Source of the DNA: an uncultured Acidobacteriota bacterium | GTDB taxonomy: Bacteria; Acidobacteriota; Thermoanaerobaculia; Gp7-AA8 | Length of the DNA stretch: 64,000 bases | Assembly: GCA_963758195.1 (NCBI GenBank) | Contig: CAVWUH010000002.1 | Location: forward strand, 715,618 to 779,617 | Reading direction: 5' to 3' | Part shown: piece after piece, positions 20,435-29,117 of the stretch | How the letters are laid out: each line of letters begins with the position of its first letter | Numbering within the stretch: position 1 is the stretch's first letter | Notes under the pieces: model-generated | The model's input: only the letters and a program-made list of their open reading frames with translations | Database searches by the model: none | Told to the model about the DNA's origin: nothing | Program-made: the position numbers and the translations under genes

Positions 20435-21380
20435 TGCGTGTATTGATACGCCGAAGTTGCCGCGCGCTGAATCCCGCGCGTTGCGCGACGGCCTCCATCG
20501 TCAGTCCAGGATCGTGCATCAGCGTGCGCGCCAGCTCCGCGCGGACGCGCGTCGAGAACTGGTGCACGGAGATCCCCGTCGCCGCGCGGAACGTTCGCGT
20601 GAGGCTGCGCGCGCTCATGCCCGCGAGCTCCGCGAGCTCGTCGAGCGTGGAACGCGAACGGGGGTTCTGCACGATGAAATCCTGCACGCGATGCACGCCC
20701 GGATGAATGTGCGTGCGGTAATCGAGATACACGCTGCTCTGTTTCTGCGCGCCATCCCGCCGCAGGTACACCACCATCTCCCGCGCCACCTCGGCGGCGA
20801 CGATCGGCCCGTCGGCCTGCTCGATGAACGCCAGCGCCATGTCGATGCCCGAGGCAATGCCCGCGCTCGTCGTGAGCTCGCCGTCGCTGACATAGAGACG
20901 ATCCTCGAGCACCTTCGCCCGCGGAAACCTCCGCGCCAGCTCCGCCGTGCGCGACCAATGCGTCGTACAACGCCGCCCATCGAGCAGTCCCGCTTCGCCG
21001 ACGATGAATGCACCGGTACAAACCGACGCGATGTGCGCGCCCGCCCGCGCCGCATCCGCCAACCACCGCGTGATCGCCCGATCGACCTTCTGCGTCGCCG
21101 CGTACGGCATGCCCGGCACGATCACGATGGGACCAGTTTGCTGTTCGCAGTTCGCAGTTCGCAGGAGAACCCCCGCCCCAGGAGCCGGCGACGCCGTGTC
21201 GTTCCTGCCAGCTGCGAGCTGCGAGCCGCGAGCTATTTCCGGCAGCCGGTCGAGATCGGCCAGCACGATCCCCTGATGCGAGTGCACGCGATCGCGGTTC
21301 GAGCAGACGCGGATCCGGTAGCGGCCTTTCGCTTCCGAGAAGGCCTGCAACGGCCCGGCGAGGTCGAGGATCTCGACCTC
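20418..21380 (-). CDS. GlxA-family transcriptional regulator (DJ-1/PfpI domain plus AraC helix-turn-helix) carrying an in-frame ~99-nt repeat insertion
   Basis: DJ-1/PfpI motifs (ILDLAGPLQAF, IASVCTGAFIVGEAGLLDGRRCTTHW) and a C-terminal AraC helix-turn-helix (LDELAELAGMSARSLTRTFRAATGISVHQF). Hairpin H8 (21141-21233) is translated in frame as RGSQLAAGRNDTASPAPGAGVLLRTANCEQQTG. The start codon is uncertain and probably non-ATG. Confidence 0.7.
   Translation of the reverse strand, partial: EVEILDLAGPLQAFSEAKGRYRIRVCSNRDRVHSHQGIVLADLDRLPEIARGSQLAAGRNDTASPAPGAGVLLRTANCEQQTGPIVIVPGMPYAATQKVDRAITRWLADAARAGAHIASVCTGAFIVGEAGLLDGRRCTTHWSRTAELARRFPRAKVLEDRLYVSDGELTTSAGIASGIDMALAFIEQADGPIVAAEVAREMVVYLRRDGAQKQSSVYLDYRTHIHPGVHRVQDFIVQNPRSRSTLDELAELAGMSARSLTRTFRAATGISVHQFSTRVRAELARTLMHDPGLTMEAVAQRAGFSARQLRRINTRMSSRA
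21141..21233. repeat. Heptamer-repeat hairpin H8 ((gttcgca)3 ... (ctgcgag)3) inserted in frame in the GlxA-family CDS
   Basis: ctgttcgcagttcgcagttcgcagg ... ccagctgcgagctgcgagccgcgagc. It interrupts the DJ-1 domain between two conserved blocks. Confidence 0.7.
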
Positions 21381-21397
21381 CGGCAGCACGACGAAAA

Positions 21398-21961
21398 TTA
21401 CTTCGCGGATACGAGCATCTCCTGCGTCACTTCGCTCACGGTCATGATCCGCGCGAACCGCCCCCGCAGCGCGGCCTCGGTGCGTTCGACGATCGCATCC
21501 GTCGCCAGCACCCCTGTCGGCGTCACGATCGGAAACGTCGCCGTCGCCTCGGTGACGAAGTCGACATCGTAGCCGAGGTCCGCCGCGACACGTGTCGTCG
21601 TCTCGCAGCACTGCTCCGTGGATATCCCGCAAACCACGACCCTGTGCACTCCGATCGCATCGAGCCGCTGCTGCAGATCCGTGCTCGTGAACGCGTTACG
21701 CGTATTCTTGAGCACAACCGGATCGCTCTCCCGCCGGTCGAGAAATTCCATCAACCGCACCTCCGGGTCCCCCGGCCGAAACCCCGGATCCGAATCGTTG
21801 TGAAGGATGAAGAAGATGGGCAGCGACGCCTCGCGAAACGCGGCGACGAGATCCGTCACGTTCCTCTCGAAGCCCGGGTTATTGCGCCGCGCCCAACGCG
21901 CCGGATCGATCTTGAACGAATCCTGAATGTCGACGACGAGCAAAGCTGTGTTGTTGTTCAT
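21398..21961 (-). CDS. isochorismatase-family cysteine hydrolase
   Basis: ALLVVDIQDSF...VVVCGISTEQCCETT carries the catalytic Asp/Lys/Cys pattern of isochorismatase-like hydrolases. Confidence 0.8.
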   Translation of the reverse strand: MNNNTALLVVDIQDSFKIDPARWARRNNPGFERNVTDLVAAFREASLPIFFILHNDSDPGFRPGDPEVRLMEFLDRRESDPVVLKNTRNAFTSTDLQQRLDAIGVHRVVVCGISTEQCCETTTRVAADLGYDVDFVTEATATFPIVTPTGVLATDAIVERTEAALRGRFARIMTVSEVTQEMLVSAK

Positions 21962-22116
21962 GACGCGCAATGTAAAGCGCGCGTCGCACGCGGGAGGGAC
22001 GAAGAGCGGTCAAAACGGGCCAACGACAGCGATCTTCTTCACCGGCGGCAAAGCCCCGCTCTCGCCTTTGTTCGCAGCTCGGCGAAGCACATCCAACTTC
22101 GCCAAGAGGCGTCGCG

Positions 22117-22359
22117 TTAGCCGGCTCGCTTCTTACGTGTCGCCTTCAGGCCGACCGTCTTTCCCGAGATTCTGACCAATGTCCTCAGCGCTTCGTTGAC
22201 AGCTTGGGAATCCTGAAAGAACTCGGCCATATCGGGCGACAGCACGATGACGTTCGTTCCCGCGGCGTAACGAGCCGCATACTTGCCGCGAACACCGTTC
22301 GAGAAATCGTAGTCGGGAACCGGCTGCCGCTTCTTCGTGCTACCGCTTTTTGTGGTCAT
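22117..22359 (-). CDS. brnA: BrnA-like antitoxin
   Basis: 81 aa immediately downstream of brnT, overlapping its 3' end. DYDFSNGVRGKYA motif typical of BrnA. Confidence 0.55.
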   Translation of the reverse strand: MTTKSGSTKKRQPVPDYDFSNGVRGKYAARYAAGTNVIVLSPDMAEFFQDSQAVNEALRTLVRISGKTVGLKATRKKRAG

Positions 22360-22618
22360 ATTGCTTCCGCTGTCGGGCATTCGCATGCCATGCACTGATG
22401 ATCCGAATATACGCACCCCGTTCCGTATGGGGCACGACGAGGAGATTACCGCGACTCGATTTGCCAAGTGTGACCCACCGCCGCTCACCTACCGAGTGTT
22501 CATCATCCGGAATGGTAATCTGATCCCAATCCGCAAATACGGTGAGTGCCTCCTCGAATGAAACACCATGGTTCCGGACGTTCTCCTCCGCCTTCCATGG
22601 ATCCCACTCAAACTTCAC
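22340..22618 (-). CDS. brnT: BrnT-family ribonuclease toxin (DUF497)
   Basis: KFEWDPWKAEENVRNHGVSFEEALTVF matches the BrnT/DUF497 signature. Confidence 0.7.
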   Translation of the reverse strand: MKFEWDPWKAEENVRNHGVSFEEALTVFADWDQITIPDDEHSVGERRWVTLGKSSRGNLLVVPHTERGAYIRIISAWHANARQRKQYDHKKR

Positions 22619-22753
22619 GCGGAGATTGTACCTGCTCGAAAATCAGCACCTCGAGTTACGCCAACTGACCGGACGAGCGCGACACCGCAAGTCCAGGCCC
22701 ATATGCTGCGAACGACCGATCGAGGCGAAGGGCCTCATCGCGAAGGACCGCCA

Positions 22754-23251
22754 TTACTTGGTCTGCCAGCCCTCATCGGCCGTCGGCCCATAGATCGACG
22801 GAATCGGCTGGTCATTGAGACGCAGATAGACCGAGAGCTGTCCGCGATGGTGAGCCAGATGCGAAAACGTGTCCGTGATCATGATGTAGCGCGGCTTTTC
22901 GTCGACGACAGCACCGTTGACCTTGAGCTGCCAGGGCTTCATCAGATGCTCATCGCTCGTGCCGGACAAAGCGCGACGCGCATCGGCCACTGACTTGTCG
23001 AAGAGCGCCAGCCGTTCGGCTCCTGTGGACGCCGAGGCTCCAGCACCCTTGCCGAGATCGAGATCGTCCTGCTCGATCATCAACGCGATCCAACCGAACA
23101 TACCCGCGACGAGCGCCGAGAGGTACCCCATCGCCATCGACTTCGGGTGTGGCTTCCAATCCCCCAGACCTTCCGGCACGCGCTCGATGACCCTGTGCGT
23201 CGTCGGAGTCTCGCGTTCGAGTTGCGCCAGCAGCATGTCCGTAATCTTCAT
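22754..23251 (-). CDS. DinB-superfamily protein (damage-inducible, metal-dependent hydrolase-like)
   Basis: Four-helix-bundle DinB pattern with HLAHHRGQLSVYLR near the C-terminus. Confidence 0.7.
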   Translation of the reverse strand: MKITDMLLAQLERETPTTHRVIERVPEGLGDWKPHPKSMAMGYLSALVAGMFGWIALMIEQDDLDLGKGAGASASTGAERLALFDKSVADARRALSGTSDEHLMKPWQLKVNGAVVDEKPRYIMITDTFSHLAHHRGQLSVYLRLNDQPIPSIYGPTADEGWQTK

Positions 23252-23335
23252 GATCCCTCCGGCCGAAAGGCCAATTCATGAACGATTCCACCGCGAGGCG
23301 CGAGGTCGAAGCAACTCGTCACATCGAGGGTACGC

Positions 23336-23962
23336 TCAGCCGTCCAACGCTCGCTCGTGCAGCGTGCATTCGTTCACGCCGGATTCGACATTCGCCGCCT
23401 CATAGAGCGTTCGCGCGCGAAGCCAGAACGCCAGCGCCCGCACCTTGAAACCTGTCCGCTCATTCAGCAACGCGATGCCCCGCAACGTATTCGCCACATC
23501 GAGCGGCGATGCCAGCTCTTCATGCTCGTAGATCGACAGTGCTTCGGCGTAACAGTCGTCGGCCTTACCAAGCTCGCCTTGATGCCGATAGAGATCGGCG
23601 AGGTGACGGACCGCATGTGCGAGCTTCAGTGGCACCTGAACGTTCCGCAGAATCTCGATCGCCTCCTGATACGACGCCGCGCCGTGATCTCCGCCGGCAA
23701 GTGATCGTTCGACTTCGCCGAGACGGCGCACCGCATCCGCCAATTGCAGCGGGTTTTCTCCCGACCTCAACTGCGCAATCGCATCCCGGAGGTCGTCGCG
23801 CGCGAGGTCGAATCGACCTTCGCTTCGCGCCGCGGCCGCTCGCGCAATCAAGGTCTCGGCGCTGATGGACACGCTGCCACAGTACCACCGCCGAAGGTTG
23901 TTCCGACCGGTCCAGGAATACGTCAATTCGCGAACCGACCCAGCATCCATCGCCGAAGCCAT
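23336..23962 (-). CDS. tetratricopeptide-repeat protein
   Basis: The start is set at MASAMDAG. Three or four TPR-like helices (AHAVRHLADLYRHQGELGKADDCYAEALSIYE, ANTLRGIALLNERTGFKVRALAFWLRARTLYEA). Confidence 0.45.
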   Translation of the reverse strand: MASAMDAGSVRELTYSWTGRNNLRRWYCGSVSISAETLIARAAAARSEGRFDLARDDLRDAIAQLRSGENPLQLADAVRRLGEVERSLAGGDHGAASYQEAIEILRNVQVPLKLAHAVRHLADLYRHQGELGKADDCYAEALSIYEHEELASPLDVANTLRGIALLNERTGFKVRALAFWLRARTLYEAANVESGVNECTLHERALDG

Positions 23963-24037
23963 TTCGTGTACCAAGTGGAGACCGCAAGCGCAAGACCATG
24001 ACAGCGCAGGCGGGATTCCGCGCTCACCTTCCGTATC

Positions 24038-25132
24038 ATGTCCTCCCGAACGACCCTGACCGCTCTCCTGTTCTCCCTTGTCACCCTCGGCTGGATGAGC
24101 CCTGCGCGCGCGAACCCTTTCGAGTATCACTTCACGGAACTGGCCACGGGCGTATGGGGTGCCATCCGTCAGGATCCGTTCGAGCTGCCTCAGGAAGGGA
24201 ACGCGGTCTTCGTGATCACCGACGAAGGCGTCGTGCTGTTCGATGCCGGCGGATCGCCGCGCATGGGTGAGGCGATCGTGGCGAAAGTTCGCTCCCTCAC
24301 GAAGAAGCCCATCACGCACGTCGTTCTCAGCCATTGGCACGGAGATCACATGCGCGGACTGCAGACGATTCAGGCGGCGTATCCGAACGTCGCGATCCTC
24401 GCCCACCCGTTCACTCGCGAGTTCATCACGTCGACCGCGGATCGATGGCTGAAACGACGCGTCAGCATGGTGCCGAACATTCGCAAAGCGCTCGACGCGG
24501 CACTCGGCAGCGGACACGATCTGGCCGGAAGGGATCTCACCCCGGGAGAGAAGGAGTGGCTGCTCCACGGAAAAAGCACGATCGACGAGTTAGACCGCGA
24601 GAACAATCGCACCACCTACGTCATCCCCAACGAAACGTTCGAGGACCGTCTCGTCCTCCACCTCGGCGGCCGTGAGCTCGACTTCTTTCGCCTCGGAAAC
24701 GCCCACACGGCCGGCGACGTCATCCTCTGGCTGCCGAAAGAACGCGTCGTCGCCACCGGCGACATCGTCACGGCACCGGTCCCGCTCATGCCCAGCCCTT
24801 ACCTCAACGACTACATCGACGTCCTGAACAAAATCAAAGGTCTGAATTTCACGACTCTCGTTCCCGGCCACGGCGAGGTGCAACACGACGACGCCTACCT
24901 GAACCTCATCGCGACCTTGATCGAAACGACGCGGCAGCAGATGAAACAACTCCTCGCCAGCGGCGCATCCAAAGAGGACGCGATTGCAAAAACCGACCTC
25001 GCCGCGGTCGAGAGCCGGTTCACCCATGGCGACGTGTTTCTCATGCATCGCTTCGACGACTACGTCGCCAAAGCGCTTCCCGCGGCCGCATATCTCATCG
25101 AAACCGGCGAGGGGATTCACGAAAGTTTTTAG
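24038..25132 (+). CDS. secreted MBL-fold metallo-hydrolase
   Basis: Signal peptide. HxHxDH motif (LSHWHGDHMRG), with downstream His and Asp ligands (GNAHTAGD, PGHG). Confidence 0.85.
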   Translation: MSSRTTLTALLFSLVTLGWMSPARANPFEYHFTELATGVWGAIRQDPFELPQEGNAVFVITDEGVVLFDAGGSPRMGEAIVAKVRSLTKKPITHVVLSHWHGDHMRGLQTIQAAYPNVAILAHPFTREFITSTADRWLKRRVSMVPNIRKALDAALGSGHDLAGRDLTPGEKEWLLHGKSTIDELDRENNRTTYVIPNETFEDRLVLHLGGRELDFFRLGNAHTAGDVILWLPKERVVATGDIVTAPVPLMPSPYLNDYIDVLNKIKGLNFTTLVPGHGEVQHDDAYLNLIATLIETTRQQMKQLLASGASKEDAIAKTDLAAVESRFTHGDVFLMHRFDDYVAKALPAAAYLIETGEGIHESF

Positions 25133-25256
25133 CGGAGTCAAGGACGAATTCATGAACGATTCCGGTCCAGAGATGACTCGCAGAATCCCGCGGCTCCGTC
25201 AAAATGTGCCGACGTCGAAACCCGAATGGGGACGCACCGGCTCGCGAATGAAAAGT

Positions 25257-25730
25257 TTAGACGCCCTTTCGCTTTGCCACAGCGAGCAGCTTGGCCACGT
25301 CCGCCAAATCCTTCTGTCGACCCGCGGCTCTTTTGTTCCGCAGAAGCTCGGCCCATCCGATGATCGTGACCGACTGACCATCCATGCTCGACTCTACGCG
25401 CGTTGTCCACGCCGAGTCGAAATCAACACCTGAAATCGAGGTGAGGAGATCGATCCGATTCGGCGGATGGCCCAATTGAATGACCCGCTTCGGCGCAACC
25501 AGATCGGCCTCGGTAATGCCGATATTGCCGAATCCAAAGTCATTCAAGGCTGCGAGAAGGCGTTGCGCGTTTCCTGGCGTACTTCGGATGAAGAAGTCCA
25601 TGTCACCCGTAAAGCGAGGGTGGCCATGGAATGCCACCGCATGACCGCCGACGAGGACGTATTCAACGCTGTGAGAGCTCAACAACGCGATGAACTCTTT
25701 CAAATCGGCTTGCAGCGTCGCCAAGAGCAC
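25257..25730 (-). CDS. nucleotidyltransferase-fold protein (AbiEii-like GG...D.D motif), possible toxin-like
   Basis: EYVLVGGHAVAFHGHPRFTGDMDFFI resembles the NTase-fold catalytic motif. Sits in a low-GC islet. It overlaps the upstream small ORF by 68 nt, so its start is uncertain and the two may be one gene. Confidence 0.4.
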   Translation of the reverse strand: MLLATLQADLKEFIALLSSHSVEYVLVGGHAVAFHGHPRFTGDMDFFIRSTPGNAQRLLAALNDFGFGNIGITEADLVAPKRVIQLGHPPNRIDLLTSISGVDFDSAWTTRVESSMDGQSVTIIGWAELLRNKRAAGRQKDLADVAKLLAVAKRKGV

Positions 25731-25857
25731 TCCGGTGCCGTTCCACCAACTCGAGGAGGATATCGAGTCGTTCCTCCGGCGTCAGGTCCGCGTAGAACTG
25801 GTCATCAGCACGATCGGCTTCCTCAAAAGTGCCGAAGATCTGAACGACCGGTTTCAT
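25663..25857 (-). CDS. small hypothetical protein (partner of the NTase-fold gene)
   Basis: MKPVVQIFGTFEEADRADDQFYADLTPEERLDILLEL. Acidic and small, lying immediately 5' of the NTase-fold ORF. Confidence 0.3.
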   Translation of the reverse strand: MKPVVQIFGTFEEADRADDQFYADLTPEERLDILLELVERHRSALGDAASRFERVHRVVELSQR

Positions 25858-25919
25858 TCTCGGGCACTTTACCATGTCAGTACTCCAGTCGTGGTGATGG
25901 CGGTAATTGGACCGACAAC

Positions 25920-26813
25920 TTACTCGCACCGCATGCTGACTTCGGATGGTTTCACGACGAACGTCAGATTCTCGTGAATGGCGAATGTCTTAAGGCTGCG
26001 CTTGATGAGACCCGCGTCGAGGCATGGCCCTACGCGCACTTCGCGAAATGGCTGACTGGCACTTTCAGATGTTGACGCTGTTAGATCCGCTTCAAAATAT
26101 GGAATTACCACACCGCCTGATGCCCGAAATGCGAGCTGAGTAGTATGCACTGAGCGATCAGACGACAACACATCAAACAAGCGATATTCTCGTTCGCTCT
26201 CGTAGGTGTCGCTCTTAAGCGCCGATCGAACGATCACGAGATATAGCCCTAGCGCGTCCATAAGCCGACGGCGGCGCGCCTTATCGTAACGCGCGGCCAG
26301 TAGCGGTTGACGGAAAACATCCATCATGTCGGTAACGAATTGCCGTTGTTGGCGCTTTTCGTAGATGACACGGGCCAAAATGAGACTCGGTCGGCGACGA
26401 AGTACACCTGCATCGACGCCGATAGCCACCCCACGACCGTTCCTACAGTATGCTCGCCACTGCGGCAGGAGATCTGCGTCTCCAGAAAACGAAGTGATGT
26501 AGCAGTCCAGTTCCGCGAGCACCTCCCTCAATCCCTGCAACTTCAGATCTCGGTCGGTCTTGGCGACATCATCGAGAACGTCCTGCCCGTAGGTCGCTTC
26601 GGCCGGGTCATTCGTATACACGACGTTTGAGCACCACATCTTGCGATGTTTCAGGATGTGAATCGCTGCGTCGAGACTGGTGTAATGATAAAGAGTATCC
26701 GGAAGCGGCGGCGTACTACGGTAACTTTCAAGGACCTCGTCGGCTCGGGGAAGAAGTGCTGCGACCTCTGGATCCGACTCGTATGGTGCCAGTTCCGTGA
26801 GTTTCTCGGCCAT
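25920..26813 (-). CDS. DUF2971-family protein
   Basis: LYHYTSLDAAIHILKHRKMWCSNVVYTNDPAE matches the DUF2971 N-terminal signature. Lies in a locally low-GC segment. Confidence 0.6.
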   Translation of the reverse strand: MAEKLTELAPYESDPEVAALLPRADEVLESYRSTPPLPDTLYHYTSLDAAIHILKHRKMWCSNVVYTNDPAEATYGQDVLDDVAKTDRDLKLQGLREVLAELDCYITSFSGDADLLPQWRAYCRNGRGVAIGVDAGVLRRRPSLILARVIYEKRQQRQFVTDMMDVFRQPLLAARYDKARRRRLMDALGLYLVIVRSALKSDTYESEREYRLFDVLSSDRSVHTTQLAFRASGGVVIPYFEADLTASTSESASQPFREVRVGPCLDAGLIKRSLKTFAIHENLTFVVKPSEVSMRCE

Positions 26814-26961
26814 GGCACTATCTTAGCGCCGCGATGATGCAAGCGCGGTAGGCTGCGCAACGAGTCAGGCGAAGAACATGGCGCACCGTCGTATCCGACT
26901 GCGCAAACGCGCAGGGCGTTAAGCGAGCGACAAGCGGCGGCATGTCGCTCATCTGCCACCC

Positions 26962-27354
26962 TCACTCCATCTCAAAATCCCCAAACTCAAACCCCGGACC
27001 CACCGTGCACCCCACCAGCACATACGCCCCCAGCGGTCGCGCCGATTGCCACGCACGCGCAGCCACCACGTGAACGCGATGATCGGCGTCGAGTACAACC
27101 GGCTCCTCGCCGCGAATGGAGAGCTTGAGCGGGTCGCCTTCGTAGAAATGCCACACCTCGTCCGATTGCACGCGGTGCCAGGCGCTGGACGTGCCTTCGA
27201 CCAAGACGAAGTAGATCGTCGTGAGCGCGACACGGTCCGCCCCGTCGGCGTGTCGCGTCACGCGCTCAGCCGACTTGAACACTTGCCGATACCACCCGCC
27301 CTCGGGATGCGGCGCGAGGGCGAGGGTATCGATCAGGTGTTGGGCGCGCGGATG
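26962..27354 (-). CDS. cupin-domain protein (DUF985-like)
   Basis: HPEGGWYRQVF motif and a beta-rich C-terminus. Probable GTG start overlapping the stop of the permease upstream. Confidence 0.55.
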   Translation of the reverse strand, partial: HPRAQHLIDTLALAPHPEGGWYRQVFKSAERVTRHADGADRVALTTIYFVLVEGTSSAWHRVQSDEVWHFYEGDPLKLSIRGEEPVVLDADHRVHVVAARAWQSARPLGAYVLVGCTVGPGFEFGDFEME

Positions 27355-27356
27355 CA

Positions 27357-28937
27357 CTACTCCTCGTCGGTGTCGCGCGGGGGGACGCGCGATGCGGGGT
27401 CGAAGTCGTGGAGGACTTCGTGGCGCGGCGCGACGCCGGCGAGGGCGGCATTTTCGGGACGGAGGCGGCTGTGGCGGTAGCCGTAGATGAAATAGACGAC
27501 GAGGCCGATGGCCAGCCAGAGGAAGAAGCGAGTCCACGACGACGGGGGCAGATAGATCGCCAGGCCGATGCAGGAGACGGCGCCGAGGACGGGGAGAACG
27601 ATTCCGAAGGGAACGCGGAAGGGGCGATCGCGGTCGGGGTCTTTGAAGCGGAGGATGATGATTCCGACGCAGACGAGGAAGAAGGCGAAGAGTGTTCCGA
27701 TGTTCGTGAGGTCGACCATTTCCTCGAGGTTCATGACCATGGCGAAGAGGCCGACGCCGACGCCGGTGATGATCGTGGAGATGTGCGGGGTCTTGAACTT
27801 CGGATGGACTTTTGCGAAGACCTTCGGCAGCAGGCCGTCGCGCGACATGGCGAAGAAGATGCGCGGCTGGCCGAGCTGGAAGACGAGCAGCACGGCGGTG
27901 TGCGCGATGACGGAGCCGAGGGCCACGACGCCGACCATCCAGCCCGGCATCGAGTTCAGTTTCATCGCCAGCGTGAGCGGCTCGGCTTGTTCGCTGGCCA
28001 GCGCGCCGGTGAGGACGCGGTACGGGATCATGCCGGTGAAGACCATGGCTACGACGCCGTAGATGATCGTGCAGACGATGAGCGAGCCGATGATGCCGAT
28101 GGGGAGGTCGCGTTTCGGATTGCGCGCTTCCTCGGCGGTCGTGGAGACGGCGTCGAAGCCGATGTAGGCGAAGAAGACGACCGCGGCGCCGGAGAAGATC
28201 CCGTGCATGCCGTTGGGCGCGAACGGCGTCCAGTTGGCGGGCTTCACGAATTTGAAGCTGACGATGACGAAGAAGCCGAGGATGATGAGCTTGATCGCGA
28301 CCATCCAGAAGTTGAAGCTGGCGGACTCGCGAATGCCCCAGATGAGCACGATGGTGATCGCCGCGACGATGGCGCCGGCGAGGATGTTGAAGACGATCGG
28401 CACGCCGAAGATGTGCGGCGCGTTCATCACGACGTCGGGCAACTTCGCCGCGGCCGTGCGGTAGTCGACGGTCAGCCACTTCGGCAGATGAATGCCCATC
28501 CCGTCGAGCAGCGTGTTCATGTAGTTCGCCCAGGAGATGGCGACGGCGACGTTGCCGATGGCGTATTCGATGATGAGATCCCAGCCGATGATCCAGGCCA
28601 CGAGCTCGCCAAGCGTGCCGTACGAGTAGGTGTACGCGGAGCCGGAGACCGGCACCATCGACGCGAACTCGGCGTAGCAGAGCGCGGTGAATCCGCAGAC
28701 GATCGCCGTGATGACGAACGAGAGCATGAGCCCCGGACCCGCGCCGGGACGCTGCGCATCGCCGGCGGCAGCGGTGCCGATCGTGGCGAAGATGCCCGCG
28801 CCGATGATCGCGCCGATGCCAAGCGCGAGAAGGTTCCACGGGCCGAGGGCTTTCTTGAGCTGATGTCCCTCTTCGCGGGTCTCCTCGACGAGCGCGTCGA
28901 GAGACTTCGTCTGGAAAAGCTGACCGAATTTCGACAT
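27357..28937 (-). CDS. APC-superfamily amino-acid permease (cationic amino acid transporter-like)
   Basis: Twelve or more transmembrane helices. Motifs GIGAIIGAGIFATIG and FFAYIGFDAVSTTAEE. The start is set at MSKFGQLF. Confidence 0.9.
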   Translation of the reverse strand: MSKFGQLFQTKSLDALVEETREEGHQLKKALGPWNLLALGIGAIIGAGIFATIGTAAAGDAQRPGAGPGLMLSFVITAIVCGFTALCYAEFASMVPVSGSAYTYSYGTLGELVAWIIGWDLIIEYAIGNVAVAISWANYMNTLLDGMGIHLPKWLTVDYRTAAAKLPDVVMNAPHIFGVPIVFNILAGAIVAAITIVLIWGIRESASFNFWMVAIKLIILGFFVIVSFKFVKPANWTPFAPNGMHGIFSGAAVVFFAYIGFDAVSTTAEEARNPKRDLPIGIIGSLIVCTIIYGVVAMVFTGMIPYRVLTGALASEQAEPLTLAMKLNSMPGWMVGVVALGSVIAHTAVLLVFQLGQPRIFFAMSRDGLLPKVFAKVHPKFKTPHISTIITGVGVGLFAMVMNLEEMVDLTNIGTLFAFFLVCVGIIILRFKDPDRDRPFRVPFGIVLPVLGAVSCIGLAIYLPPSSWTRFFLWLAIGLVVYFIYGYRHSRLRPENAALAGVAPRHEVLHDFDPASRVPPRDTDEE

Positions 28938-29117
28938 GGTCGCGATGATGGCGGGCGCGCGCAGCAGGGTCAAGCGTAAGTTGCAGGATCGCGTCTTTCC
29001 TTCGCGTCTTCGCGGCTTCGCGTGCAACGGTCTCACGCGAAGCCGCGAAGGGCGCGAAGGGGATCTAGGCAATCGACGACATTCAGCATTAGATTGTGCG
29101 CATCCAGGAGGCACGCA

